From positions 8,559,355 to 8,623,354 of the forward strand of contig CAVNZM010000006.1 of NCBI GenBank assembly GCA_963693365.1: a stretch of DNA of 64,000 nt. Reading direction: 5' to 3'. Of this stretch, positions 17,787-38,613 are shown piece after piece (the stretch's first letter is position 1; each line of letters opens with the position of its first letter). The position numbers and the translations under genes are program-made. The notes under the pieces are model-generated. The model was given only the letters and a program-made list of their open reading frames with translations. It was not told the origin of the DNA and did no database searches. The DNA comes from Amoebidium appalachense (taxonomy: Eukaryota > Protista > Ichthyosporea).

Positions 17787-18194
17787 AAAAGGGACCCTGA
17801 GTAGATGTTAAATGTCGCACGTGCGGCAACACGTCAGTACGTGTTAGCTGCAGGTGATAAACAAGCAGTAGGTGGTGTGATGGAAATCACGCATGTTAAT
17901 CGCTTATAAGAAAACTTCTATCAGTCGTGTATGTTCATCATTATAGTGCACTCTGAGATGCTTGTAAGTACTCTTCTGTGAAACATTTGATGAATTTCCC
18001 ATAATAACCCACGTGAATGCTCTCCCAGGAACCACGGATACCTATGTACTTCGAAATATGGAAGTGAACTTTTGAGAACGTCTTCGTCCTCCCCTGAGTC
18101 CCATCCCTAACTCTTGTATGTAAACACGAGACCACCAAAACTCCCAAACCAGCACTCACACCGGTCCACACCAAGGCCCATACCCCCCCTCCCC
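17159..18194. repeat. Near-identical ~350-bp direct duplication (17159-17511 and 17845-18194)
   Basis: Direct alignment shows only a few substitutions and indels. Confidence 0.93.
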
Positions 18195-18221
18195 TGGGGA
18201 GAGGCTGTTTCAGGGCCGGGG

Positions 18222-18252
<31 letters not shown>

Positions 18253-19024
18253 TTGCCTGGTTGAGGCAGGTGTATGCGATGGCCCTCATTTTTACACCCC
18301 ACACACGTGACTTTATTTGGCACCCCTTCATCACTGTGCCAGGTGATCACCCAGTGAAAATACTGAGAAGACCGCGAATGTGAATTATTTTCCACCTGAC
18401 CGTTCAGAAGTAATATTTTTTCTCCCTGTAAGTTCATAAGTAACATTTTTCCTTTAAAAAAAAAATGAAAGTGATATTTTTCCCCCTAAACGTTCAGACA
18501 GGCGGTATAGTAATAAAGCTATAAACTCAGTCTCCAGCTACATACAGACAGGAAACGGTCTTCTCACGACCCTTTTTCCCGACTGTTGATGAAACGACGG
18601 GCCAAACGTGGCCACGCAGGCATACTCATGACTGTTTGCCCCCTTCATGGCGATTCAGTGTCAACCAATAGGAACACAGGACACTAACTACACGATAACT
18701 ACTGTCCAGGCTTCTGTCGAAGTAGAGCGTGGGTTAACTATAAGTATACTCTGTAAAACACCAAAATAACTTAAAAAAAAGGTATTTATAGCTTATTTTT
18801 GGACAAGAGAGTTAAAAATACAGCAACAGAGAGCTAAAAAAAAAAAAATAGAAAGTAGCGAACACCAAGTGATGTTAATTAATTTGCCGCGCTCCTGGAA
18901 GCAGCCAGAAATTTCCGAAAAGGGGTTTGTGGAATCTGGCGAGGCCAAAGGCATGCGCCCCACCTTCTTTGCCTCAGTCAGCCAAAACGTGAAAGTGAAA
19001 GCTGCTTGAAGAAAACTTCGAAAA

Positions 19025-21776
19025 ATGTTCCGCGCACTCCGCCCCGTTTCCTCTGTCCGCCAGGCCCTTGTTGTTAGGGGCACCGACGGTTCCATTAAGT
19101 CTGCTGGTATGTTTTTTTTTTTCCTTCCGTCCCCCCCCCCCCCTCTCTCTCTGCTGTGTCTGGCTTACAAAACACGCAGGCGTGTTTTGACAGACAATGA
19201 ACCCTGCCTCCTGTTGTTTACAGGCCGACCTTGAAAGAGGGATTTGCTGAGATCTCATGTCTTGTAGTTTCAGGCAGTATCTTTTTTTCTTGGAATAGGG
19301 AGGGAACTTCGGTACCTTTGGAACTCTTTGGGGGAAGGTATGGCCAAGTTGAAAAGGAGACTCGCTCATTGTTCTGAGGACCCCAAATTTAGCCTTGAGT
19401 TCCTTTGAGGGGATGCCACCAAGGTTTGAATGGCACTGTTTTCGTGCAGCTAGGTGAGGTAGTACACATGTGAGCCTACGTAGACTAAAGCAAAAAAGAA
19501 GAGGGGTAAAGGGATCGGTGGTGCTGGCTTACAGCTGTTTCTGATCTGTACACTTCCTGCAGGCGGCACCTGGGCCAAGCGTGAGCACGCCCAGGAGGAG
19601 CAGTACTTCCGCAAGAAGGTGGGCGGTTTTTCTTGGGTGAATTGCATGTGGTTGTGTAGAACTACCTTGGTCTACCCACAGTTGTGTGCTTGTCACTCTT
19701 GTGGCTGTGTTTCATTCGGAGAGTATGGCTGGACTGTGTGGTGCTTCTGTCTGCTGGTTGTACAGTCCTGGGCTTGTTGTTGAGGGAGATCTTTGTCGGT
19801 TGACACTAACAGCACTCTTGTGCCTTCTCCCTCTTTGCGTGCTCTTGGGTTATGAAGCCTTGTCAATACACCTTGACAATCTTTTGCGCCTCTTTGGTGT
19901 ATTGTTTTCCCCTTCTATCTTCCTTGTGGGCCATACCGTTCTTCCTGTCCCTCCCCTTCTCCTCTCGTTTGAGTTCAGCCATTTTTCTCTTACCTTTCGG
20001 TGTTTGAACGTTTTCGTGATTCTATAATGCTCAATGGAACGTAAACCTGAAGGTTAGATTTGTCACGTAGCTGTCATGCCAGGACGTGCTGTTGGCTATT
20101 GACTTGCTGTTAGCAAAGCAGACTATAACCGCAGAAGTTGTGTGTGCTCCATGTGCATGTTGTGTATGCGTGTATGTGCCTGTGTTTGTGTGTTTGATAT
20201 GCTGTTGCATGGGGATTTGACAGGTGATTCTGTCCACCTGTGTACTGCGTGGCACACTTGTTTCTCTAGGTGTGCCGTGCACCACATCCTTGGCTTTAGG
20301 CACACACATGCTTGCTTGCAACTCCATGTCTGTGGCCATCCCTATCCTCAATGTTTTTTTCTTCGGTCCTTCAACCCCCCCCCCCCCCCCCCCCCACCCC
20401 ACCCCCCAAAAAACACACACACACACACGTGTTTTGCAAACCTGCAGTGTTGTCCTCAAGTGTCCACATGGTATTCTATAACACTCTCTACCCTCATCTG
20501 CATGTCACTCCCTCCTCTCTACTCTGTCCTGTGCAACACATTCTTCCCCTTCTCTCCATTCCTCACCACATCATCTTCGTCTTTCGTCTACAATTGCTCT
20601 TTTCTTTTGTTGTTGTTGCACGCACATGTCGAAGCTCACATACACTCGTAGACTCTCCGGAACTAGGGGAACAAGCTGTGCTCGCCCGGAACACACATTT
20701 ACACACACGCACACAACACGGACGGACGGACAGACACATGCACATGTTTCGGCATGGGATGCCATAAACTGCACTTGTGTTTTCGCCCTCTTGTGTCCTT
20801 TGCATGATATCAGCTGCTGACAGAGTGTCGTAGTGCACCCTGCATACTTCGTGTCCGTCCTTTCATCTGCTGCATGTTAGCTTCCCCCCTCCCCCCCCCT
20901 CCCCCCCCCCCCCCCCCCCCCCCCCCTCAACACACACACACACAGACACACCACCACCACCACAAATCACACACACACACACGAACTCACAAACGTGCGC
21001 ATAAGCGCGTGCGCACACACACACACACACGTGCTTGTGTGTGTTTTTTTGTGTGTGTTCTCTTCTGTTCAATCAGCCATGCTCGGCAGGCGTGCTTCGT
21101 GGTTAAACTTGCAATATTGCACCACACTCTTGACTGTCTGATATGTTCTCACCGTATATAATGCGTACTTGATATTGGGCTTTGCGTGTAATGCATTTTT
21201 TTTTTTGTGTGTGTGTGTGTGTGTGTGTTGGAAAAGTGCTGTGCGTGCTTTGCCACGAATGTGCACTTTTGTATTCTGCTATGCATGCTACCCCTCAACA
21301 CACACACCACACACGTCACACCCAAGCACCACCACCACCAATAGTAATAATACTTATCGGGAGGTGTTTTTGGCTGACTATTGTACACCTGTGCTTCTCC
21401 TGCGGGTGTATGTGCGTGTGTACACGATTATGTACACAGTCGTGCATGTGCTTTGACTTTGCCCTCATGAATCCCGTGTGTATGTTTTTTTGTTTGTGTT
21501 TTTTTGTGCCTGCCTCACCCTTACGTGCCTGTCTGTGTTTGTGTGTGTGTGTGTGTATGTGTATGTGCTCACCCTGGATGAAACTTTATTAGTTCGTGCA
21601 CTCGTGTAAGGCCTGCCTGTACCTCTGCGTGTGTACATGTTCTGTGCATGGACCAACTTTTCTAATTTCCTTTTTGGGTGCAGACTGCCCAGGAGCTGGA
21701 GGACCTTAAGAAGGACATTAAGGAGCACCCCGAGAAGCACCCCAACGTTGCCAAGGAGCAGGAGAAGAAGCACTAA
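19025..21776 (+). CDS. ATP5IF1: Mitochondrial ATPase inhibitor IF1 (IATP family), 76 aa; exons 19025-19106, 19563-19618, 21684-21776
   Basis: Spliced product MFRALRPVSSVRQALVVRGTDGSIKSAGGTWAKREHAQEEQYFRKKTAQELEDLKKDIKEHPEKHPNVAKEQEKKH. It has an Arg-rich presequence and the GSIxxAGGxxxKRExAxExxYF IF1 signature, with canonical splice sites. Confidence 0.93.
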
Positions 21777-23152
21777 GTTACCACACAGCCACACTGTACA
21801 AAGGACTGACTTGAAAATAAATCTTGAGTTCGAGCGCTGTCTGAGACAGCCGAAGTATTTCTGTCCGAGAATGGCTCAATTCTTATTGGTCGTCTGAAAG
21901 CATGCAACTGAGCCTGCCCCCCCCCCCCCCCCCCCCCCCCCCCACCACCACCACCACCCACCCACCCACCCACAAAACACACACAAACTATCGTAGTATA
22001 GACGTCCCTTTCTTGCCAATGCTCACATCTCTCCTTTTACAACCACACACACAGTCTTCCTCTTGCTCTCTTTCTCTTCACATAAGCACACTCACAAACA
22101 CTGACACATGCACACATGCCCGCACACACGTGACACAGGCTAGCGACAAGAGTACATACAGTACACATATTCGCACTCTGGCGCGCGCCCACGCACATCT
22201 CGCTTGCAAACCGTGTTATGAGAAAACCTGTTGTACAGGGTTATTTTGGATCTATTTCGTATTATTACTAACTAGAATCTCTGCATGCGTGCATAATGAT
22301 GCATACATGTACGAGCGTCTATAATATGTATGTGGGCGGCACGAGGCGGCAGGCACATCTAAATTTTCGCTTGCAATTGGTGCACAGTACTAAACTACAT
22401 AGGGTTTACACACTTTTTATTGCGTGGACACTGCCGGAGGCCCAGCCACATTCGACGGCCTACTGCGTTTTCCAGCACAGCCAACATAGTGTCCCCCGGG
22501 CAGCGTGTATGAAGTCGTACGTATGAGGCAGATCGTGACACGTGCATGGCATGACTCGACCAATCAGGGGATGTACTGAGTCGGTGTGTTTCAGCAGAGC
22601 CCACACCAACACGTCGGTGCCCGTGCCTGAGGGCAGTTTTTTTGGTTGTGAACGTCAACAGGCTGTGGTGTACACGCGTGTAGATGCTGCGTGCACACGC
22701 ACACTAACCAGTTTGTTGGGCTTTCCCTTGTGTATTTGTGCATTGCATTTGCTTCAAGCACAGCGGCCCACCGTACCCGGTCTTGTGGGTGTGGTGTTAC
22801 AACGTAGGTAACAACCATAAGCAAATTCTTCGTACAGCTTCAATCGGTTTCAAAAGTTCACTATGATTGGTCCTAACACGATCAAACAGCCCTATTGATC
22901 GTATAAAAGATTATCTTGAGCGATTTAATCGCGGCTTTTAGGCAACACAATGTGCACTGCTATTACGTGATTGAGGACCCGTGACATGCACGTGGTGAGC
23001 CACTTGGGTGAGGTGGTGTTTGACTTTTACTTTTCCGTTTTCTGACAAGGAGTAACAGGAACATCACGATTTTATAATCACAATTGGCCATATTCAAGAT
23101 AATCCAAAGGTGTTTTGCCATTTCTCGCAGCAAGAAGGACTAAGCTGAAATT

Positions 23153-31559
<8,407 letters not shown>

Positions 31560-32850
31560 GGGATCGTTTTGTCGACTAACCCGATCTCTAAATCGGTTGG
31601 TGCTGTGCAATGCTCACAAATGTTTGTACACATGTGATTTGACAGCAGTGTAAATAATATGTACATGTGGTAAAATTAACACTATCAAAGGCAGGAAGAT
31701 GCTTGGCTAATTAGTCCCAAGCTATCAGGTGAGAGTCGATTGTTTTGAGGCGGCGGCGGCGGGATGGGGTTGGTGGTGTAGGGAAGGGTTTTTTTGTTTG
31801 TTTTTTTTTTTTTTTTTTTTTTTTTTTTTGGGGGGGGGGGGGGGGGGGGCATTTTCGGGCTCGTTCTGAATAGGGCTTGAGCTGAGGCACTCTGTAGTCT
31901 AAAACACCCGTTGTTATTTGGGGAAAAAGACCCCGAAGCGCTGGCATGCCTTTGTGATTACAAATAGGTCTGTGCGCCCGCTGCGCGGGCGCCAACGCAG
32001 CGGGCGCCAACTGAAGCTGCGGTCTATTGCATTTGGTCAGTCACACATAGGTCTGGGAAAAGAAGCTGCAAACTGGGGGTCTGACAGCTTGGGCCTGAAA
32101 TCTATTTTTTTATATAATGACTTTATACTTAGCTTGATTCATCAAGCACTATGTAGAGTGTATTCTAGGGCAATCATTGGTTGTCAATGAAATGGTGTCT
32201 CTAACAATGATAGCCCATTGGGTGAGCTCCGTTGGTATATAAGGAGCGAACTCCTACTAGTCGTTAGGTCATTTCCCAACGTCGCACCCACTTCATGCGA
32301 CGTTTTTGGCGAGAGCTCCGTTTAGGTTGCAGTTCTCTTCGCACACTTAGATCTAAGTAAGCTACGGTAGGTGGCAGAACTTGTCACCCTAATTCCTCGC
32401 CTAGCATGGAGAACGCTGCCTTCAACCAGGTTATAGCGCCGAGGTTCGCAGGCTCCTTCCGGCTAATAACAACAACGAGGAGGAGTGGGACCCCAACCCC
32501 AACCCCAACAGGACGGCACCAAGTGGCAGTCACTCTACCGGCGCGGTCCCTTCGCCTTCCTTCTCCCAGCGGCGTACGCTGGGCACTGTACCATAGCGCA
32601 GCAATATTCCCCTAAAATTTCGTTTACTTTGATTGCACTGTTCTACCGTGTTGAGTTTCCACGTTCTTCCATTCGTTGTTTATTAGGTCGCTGCGGAAAA
32701 TGCCCCTCTGGGCCTTGAACTTCGCCACCGCGGCGGAGGACACTGTCCCGGTCGTTTCTGCACCTGCCCCTTCCCCATTACCTGCGGAGCCGCCAAGGTC
32801 GACTTCTCCGCCCCCCGATTCCCCTAAAGGGGTGATTATTTTGCCCGGTC

Positions 32851-33900
32851 ATGAAGGTGGTGTGTGGGGCCCAGCTGCGGGGCCCCCTGAGTCCCACTGT
32901 GGATGTAAACCCCGCGACAACGGGGCGTGTTTATGTTTCTCCCATCGGCGACTTTGGTGCGTGGCATGCGGCTGTGGTCCAATCTATGCCCCCGACCCTC
33001 AGGGCAAATGTGGATGTTTTGATCAGCAACACCCTTGCCGCCACCACCTGGGAGCGCTACCAGGTGGAAATTCGGTTTTACCATGAGTTTTGTCAAGAGC
33101 CCGCCTTCGCCCCTTGGCCCCTCACCGACACGGTTGCCACTGCGTATGTGGCCAAGTTGATGGAGCGAAATTATGCGCCGGGCACGGTGGTCGGCAAGCT
33201 CTCTGCCCTGCGCAAGGTACACGAACTTTGGGGGCTCCCATACCTCCCCCATCGGTCATGTCCGCCCTCACCCAGAGGTACACCCGCACCCATACGCAGC
33301 GTAACCCCGACAAGCTGGCCGACCCGCGGCGGTTCGATGCCGAATGGGTGTCCCTCATCCTCACCCACCAGCCGCAGACCACCGCCGACACACAGCGGCG
33401 CCTGGAAGTGCTCCTGTGGCCTACCTCTGGGGCCTGCGGTGGACCACGTCAGTCACCGAACTGCTCGCAGAAGACGTGGTTTTTGAAGGCCCGCACCCAC
33501 AAGGCCACCACATCACTCTACGGCTGCGGAAAATCAAGCAAGGTGCGCGCAAGTTGCGTGACCCCGTCGTGCGCACGCGAGTGGTGCCCACCATCTGTGT
33601 CCCGGCCCTACAGGCAGCAGTGGCTGCCACCCACCGTCCCCCCGGCACCCCCCACTGCATCCTCCCCATCGGTAACGTCAACCACCAGACCGAGTGGATG
33701 CAGCGCGAGTTGTGCGCTATCGGCGTGGAGCCCTGTTAGCCAACGCCGTCACCTTCCACTGCCTCCGTCATGGCATGGTCGGCGCGGCCAAGGCTGCGGG
33801 GAGTCTCTGACCAGCAAATTGATTGGCTCGGCGCCTGGCTTGGCGCGAAGCCGGCCACCTACGGCACCGGCCACCAACATACAGCCGACGACGTGCTGTA
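32851..33900 (+). pseudogene. Tyrosine recombinase, frameshifted
   Basis: N-terminal core-binding segment (TWERY...FYHEFC...AYVAKL...TVVGKLSALRKVH) and catalytic AYLWGLR. FHCLRHG at 33754-33774, then LGAW and a downstream Tyr after a frameshift. Confidence 0.85.
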
Positions 33901-34169
33901 TTTTGAAGCCCTGCGGGGCCTTGTTTGCAGTATTGTGTAAAGGTGTAATAAGCTTGTAACCGCGCAATACTTGTCTGATCATGAAGGCAGCAGTGGACGC
34001 AGGTAGCAACCATACATCTAAATACTTAGCTTGATTCATCATCACTATTTACTAAGGTGTATTCTAGGGCAATCATTGGTTGAAATGGTGTTTCTAATGG
34101 GTGAGCTCCGTTGGTATATAAGAAGCGAACTCCTACTAGTCGTTAGCTCATTTCCCAACGTCGCACCCA

Positions 34170-34309
34170 CTTCACCCACCCACTCGCCCGAGCTCTAAGG
34201 TTGCATCCCAACACTGCATTGCATGCACAGCCTCCGAGCTTCACCCACCCACTCGCCCGAGCTCTAGGGTTGCATCCCAACACTGCATTGCATGCACAGC
34301 CTCCGAGCT
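34170..34309. repeat. Two tandem ~70-bp copies following A2
   Basis: CTTCACCCACCCACTCGCCCGAGCTCTA...CAGCCTCCGAGCT occurs twice. Confidence 0.9.
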
Positions 34310-34436
34310 TTATGCGCACGTCCCCACAACACAACACACACACATGCACACCCACACTGACACACACACACATGCACACACAACACACGAGCACATGTTC
34401 ACTCACACACCCGCACACACCCGCACACACACACAC

Positions 34437-34528
34437 TGTTGGAATATGTCACCATGTATGACAGCAAGAGCCTTGAAGTATGTATGTGTCTTAGCTTGTT
34501 TGTATTCGTGTCTGCTTTCCTTCTTTGT

Positions 34529-34566
<38 letters not shown>

Positions 34567-35313
34567 CCCCCCCCCCTCCCCCCCGTATCTCTCTCTCCCT
34601 TGTTTCTGTGAGCACAGATATCTGTAGATCTGTGCACACCTGGCTCTCTTGCCTGATAAGAACTTATTGTATTTTATTTCTGTTTGCTCTCCTCTGTTTA
34701 TCTGAGAGGTAGCGTGATTGGCTAGCTACACTCGTTGTCTTTCCTTTATTTCAAAATGGCTTAGTTTTGTTCTCAAAAGGATGGCTCACCAATAGTCGCG
34801 AGCGAGTACATCTGTAGATCGTGTTGTGCATTCCTGTCTATTAATATATGTGTGTTGTGATTGGACAATAGATATATATGGAATTCGGTTTATTGCAAAG
34901 TGTCTTCACTTTGAGAGTGTCGACTATTAGGAAATATATGTATTTAAATACGTTTCTTTATAGAGACGAACATAAATATATATGTGAGTTAATAGTGACT
35001 AGATGTATAATTACTTAATTTATTTAAGTAAGAGTTTCTACACTTTAGTTTAATCGGAAGTTGGAATGCGTATGCTCTGTCGGAATGTGTTTTTCTATCT
35101 TCTGATAGAACCGATTGGTTCTCCCTCTTTAGTTGTGGTAAGGTGATAAGTCGCAAGTACAAAAGGAACCGAGAGCACAATAAAGAATCAGTTGTTGTTT
35201 GAAATCTTTCAATGTCTCGTGAACAACTCCGATTGCCCTCTCATTAATGTGTTAGTCGTGTTTTACATGACACCTCTGTGCACTCTGCTCCCTTAGACCC
35301 GTACAAAACAACA
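34437..35313 (+). mobile_element. Solo LTR of a Copia-1-related family, inserted in a CA tract inside the YR element
   Basis: TGTT...AACA termini with CACAC on both sides (5-bp TSD, within low-complexity sequence). The 3' end TCTGTGCACTCTGCT...CAAAACAACA resembles the Copia-1 LTR end. Confidence 0.75.
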
Positions 35314-35557
35314 CACACACACACAAAACACACATATACACGCACGTACACGCACACACGCATGCCCCCCTGGCAGCGCGGGTGGTGGGGGGGCCCGGGA
35401 GTGAGGTTTTGGTAAGGATATGAGAACGAGGTTGTGGTACGGCCTGTAAAGTGACGTGTGTAGCTGTATGTAAGTGTTGTCGACGATCTCTGAACCCTGT
35501 GGGATCACAGCCTGAACTGAGCTCATAAAGCAATCGAAAGCAACCATACATCTAAAT

Positions 35558-35760
35558 TGATGTGCTCATATGTTCGAAGGACACGAAAAAGAGATATCCC
35601 AGATATCTCGAGAGTCGATTGTCGAGTCACTCAAAATTTAATGAGAAGTAGGCTCACAGGAATAAGGACCCAAAGGTATAAAAATACAAATAAACACTAA
35701 AGGCAGGAGTGAAAACGATATGTTGATATCTCGGCTGCCACAAAAAAAACCTCAATAAAG
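35558..35760 (-). mobile_element. 3' end of a LINE-related or SINE element (tail continues at 32101-32126; 5' extent unknown)
   Basis: Minus strand carries a CGAGATATC-nnn-GATATCTC hairpin and, after rejoining, TGAGCACATCAATAAAGTCAT + A tail. This matches LINE 10873-10940. Confidence 0.75.
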
Positions 35761-38170
35761 GTGACAAGTTATATGAATTGAGTCACAGAAATCATAGTTC
35801 AAATTTGAGTGAAACACGTACGTTAACACACAGAAATTTGAGTAAATGCGTGCGTTATGTTATTAGCATCAATGCCATCGGCAGGGTACAAAATGAGAAG
35901 CTTGGGGCATGGCTAGATTGCTCCATCAAAGTCACGAAGATGTCTAGGATACAAACTGCAAGGAAGCCATCAGATTCTGTAACTATTCTAGAGACAGAGC
36001 CCTCGGCCAAAACTCTATCACTGGAGCAGCACACGAGGTTTCAAAAGAGCAATACAGAACATGTAAGACTGCAAATTTTTTACCTTAGGGGGCGCGGCGA
36101 CTGTGTGTCCCTCCAAGGAGAATAGCAGCCAAACTTCAAGGTAGCCTAGCTGTAACGGGAGATGCAAAAGGAACCAACACTACCAAGCAAGCGGGTACAC
36201 AAATCAAGGCTATAGAGCTCACTGCCACCACAAGGGCCCGTAACTGTAGCCGGCTGAGGAAGCTTCTCAGCGTCCCAGTCGGCTACAAACTACCCCGGAC
36301 GCGTGCCGCGGGACTCTAGAAACTCTCTCGGGTGGGTCTGCGCGGGCGCCGGTGCACGTGCGGAAGGTGACAGTACGGATGGTAGAAAAGAAGTTGGGGT
36401 CTGCCAGCTGGTGTCTGAATCCTAGACTCTGAAAACTCTCTTTCCTTTCAAGTTCTCTTTTTGGCCGGTTCAAACCTGCGCAAGGCGGCTTCCGCCAGCG
36501 TTTAATTTACATGGGGTGTTACTTCACTTTCACTTCGATCTCTTAGCTGTCAGGTCAACTTTTTTTCCCCAATTCTTCACCATGGCAGGTATATAAAGGC
36601 TTTCGTTTCTTCTTTTTATGGTGGGAGGGAGTCCCACTCAGGGGAACGTGACTGCAGCGTGTGTGTGGTGTGGCCTGGTGTATTCCTACTGCTGTGAGAG
36701 TGTGGGGGCATCTCCCTTTCGCGGAGTTTCTCGCTTGAGAAGTGGTTTCTTCAACGCCTGGTGGTCCACTGCAACCTATGGTAACTTCTACACGCTGTCT
36801 ACGCTTCTACGCGACGCAAAGTAGTCAATAATTATGTATGCTAATATGCAAATGATTTTAAAATATAAACTATAAGTGTGACGAAATAGTCTTTTACATA
36901 TGTCGTTGTGCTCTAAATGCATATCTGTACACTTACATACATGCTCATGTACTCGCGCAGAGCGCGGATCTAAAGGATCCGACGGAAAGCATGCTATTGG
37001 TTCACTATCACGTATGCTAATGACCAGCCTCTAAAAGAAACCCTTCACGCTATTTCGGTCGGAGCAATAAGAACGACCCCCTACAGCCTTGGAGTATCCC
37101 AGTAATGCTCTTAGCCAATACAAAAGAGCCTGAGCATATCCTTGGAGTATCCTTGGATTCTAATTATAGCCCTCCAGGGACAGCATAAAGAAATAAAGAG
37201 CTTTATCTAGCGAAAGCTCTATGTGAACGCGCACAGCAAATTACGTAATATAAAAGCTCATCGTAATATATGGAATGTAAACAATCACCGATCCAAATTA
37301 TCTATTGGTGTACCTCAACTTGGCTGTGAGCCTTTGGGCGCACTAATAAGGAACAACAGCCAATCACAGATCGGTTGAAAATCTCCCGGGAAAAGTAACG
37401 TACTACAGCATATACTTCAATATTCATTGAAAATTGTAATTCATTATATATATCTCTAGTACTGCACATAGCTAATAATAACATAGTGTTGTATTCTATA
37501 CGAGATTTGTAGCCCCCATGTACATATGAAATGTTTGTATGAAAGGATGTTGAGTTAGTGCCTTAGCATGGAATGCCGGACTCCATCAGCTAGAAGGAAT
37601 GCGAGCCGCGCGTTGTGATTCGATAGAATGAATCGGCAATATAGCTATTTATAGTTAGATCTAATAGTCTTAGCCAATAGGAATCGTTATCGGGTCTAGC
37701 CTAGAAATTCAGGATAGATGACGCCCCGCTCGACTAGTATATAAAGCACCAAGTTTAGGTCATTTAGGAACCTGCCTACTTTACGTATAGCGATATACCA
37801 GTAGTCACCTAGCTCCTCAAGTACTATATAGGCTCATTTTCCGCTCTACTTCAGCTGCACATCAACAATCATCCTTTCAGGCAAGCCCTCTACATTCAAG
37901 TACACGGCCTGGTGCCTACGATAAACAGGTGAGACACGTACTGACCTGAATAAATAAATAAACTTCACAAAAAACCTATTCTATCTGTGTATTAGTACAT
38001 TTAACGGGTATATAGCTCCTCAGACTGCCGTTCCTTTGCGTGGTAGTAGACACCTGCGGGGCACAATAGTACGCATTCTACAGAAAGCAACTCTCCGACG
38101 GTCTGGAAGCACCTACCCTCCCACCCTACCCGTACCTAAACAGAAAAACCACCCACCCACCCCAAGAAAA

Positions 38171-38613
38171 ATGGCGCCACTGGCATCCACCCGCAACAAC
38201 AAGCGCAAGGCCGACGACCTGTCCGCCGACGAGATCGACCAGCGCGAAAAGACCCCCACCCCCGTCCACAGCGACGAGGAGACTGAGAGCGAAAGCACCC
38301 AGTCCGAGGTTGACGATGACCATACCTCCGAGACAGACAGCCATGACGAGCACTCTGACACCGGTAAGAAAACTAACTCTACACGTAAAAATGCTGCAAG
38401 TTTGAATAAATATACAGGTCCTCAATTTTACGGAGATATCACAGATATCTCAGATCCGAGACGGGCACATGTTGAAACATACATCAAGGAAATAACAGAC
38501 CACGCCGATAGACTCAATTTTTCATCAAAAGATGCCTGTAATTTATTAATAAACCACTGCATCGGGGCTCCCAGGGAACTCATATCACACAGCACGGTTT
38601 CTAATCTATACGA
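38171..38613 (+). pseudogene. Truncated Gypsy-like gag, with an LTR-like AT-rich region upstream (~37548-38006)
   Basis: Acidic N-terminus, then PQFYG...VETYIKEI...LLINHCIGAP, typical of retrotransposon capsids. TATA at ~37738 and an AATAAA cluster at ~37949. Cut off by the Copia-1 LTR. Confidence 0.5.

Larger units (their letters stand above)
32125..35557 (+). mobile_element. RT-less tyrosine-recombinase element with split direct repeats (A1...B1-A2...B2)
   Basis: A1 32125-32294 matches A2 34022-34174. The B end AGCAACCATACATCTAAAT occurs at 34005-34023 and 35539-35557. An internal YR pseudogene is present. Removing the element restores a LINE-type 3' end. Confidence 0.85.

Noticed and set aside
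36582-36600. CCATGGCAG/GTATAT as an orphan first exon, like that of the MYND gene
   Set aside because: No downstream exon can be linked, and a 7-nt match is not sufficient evidence.
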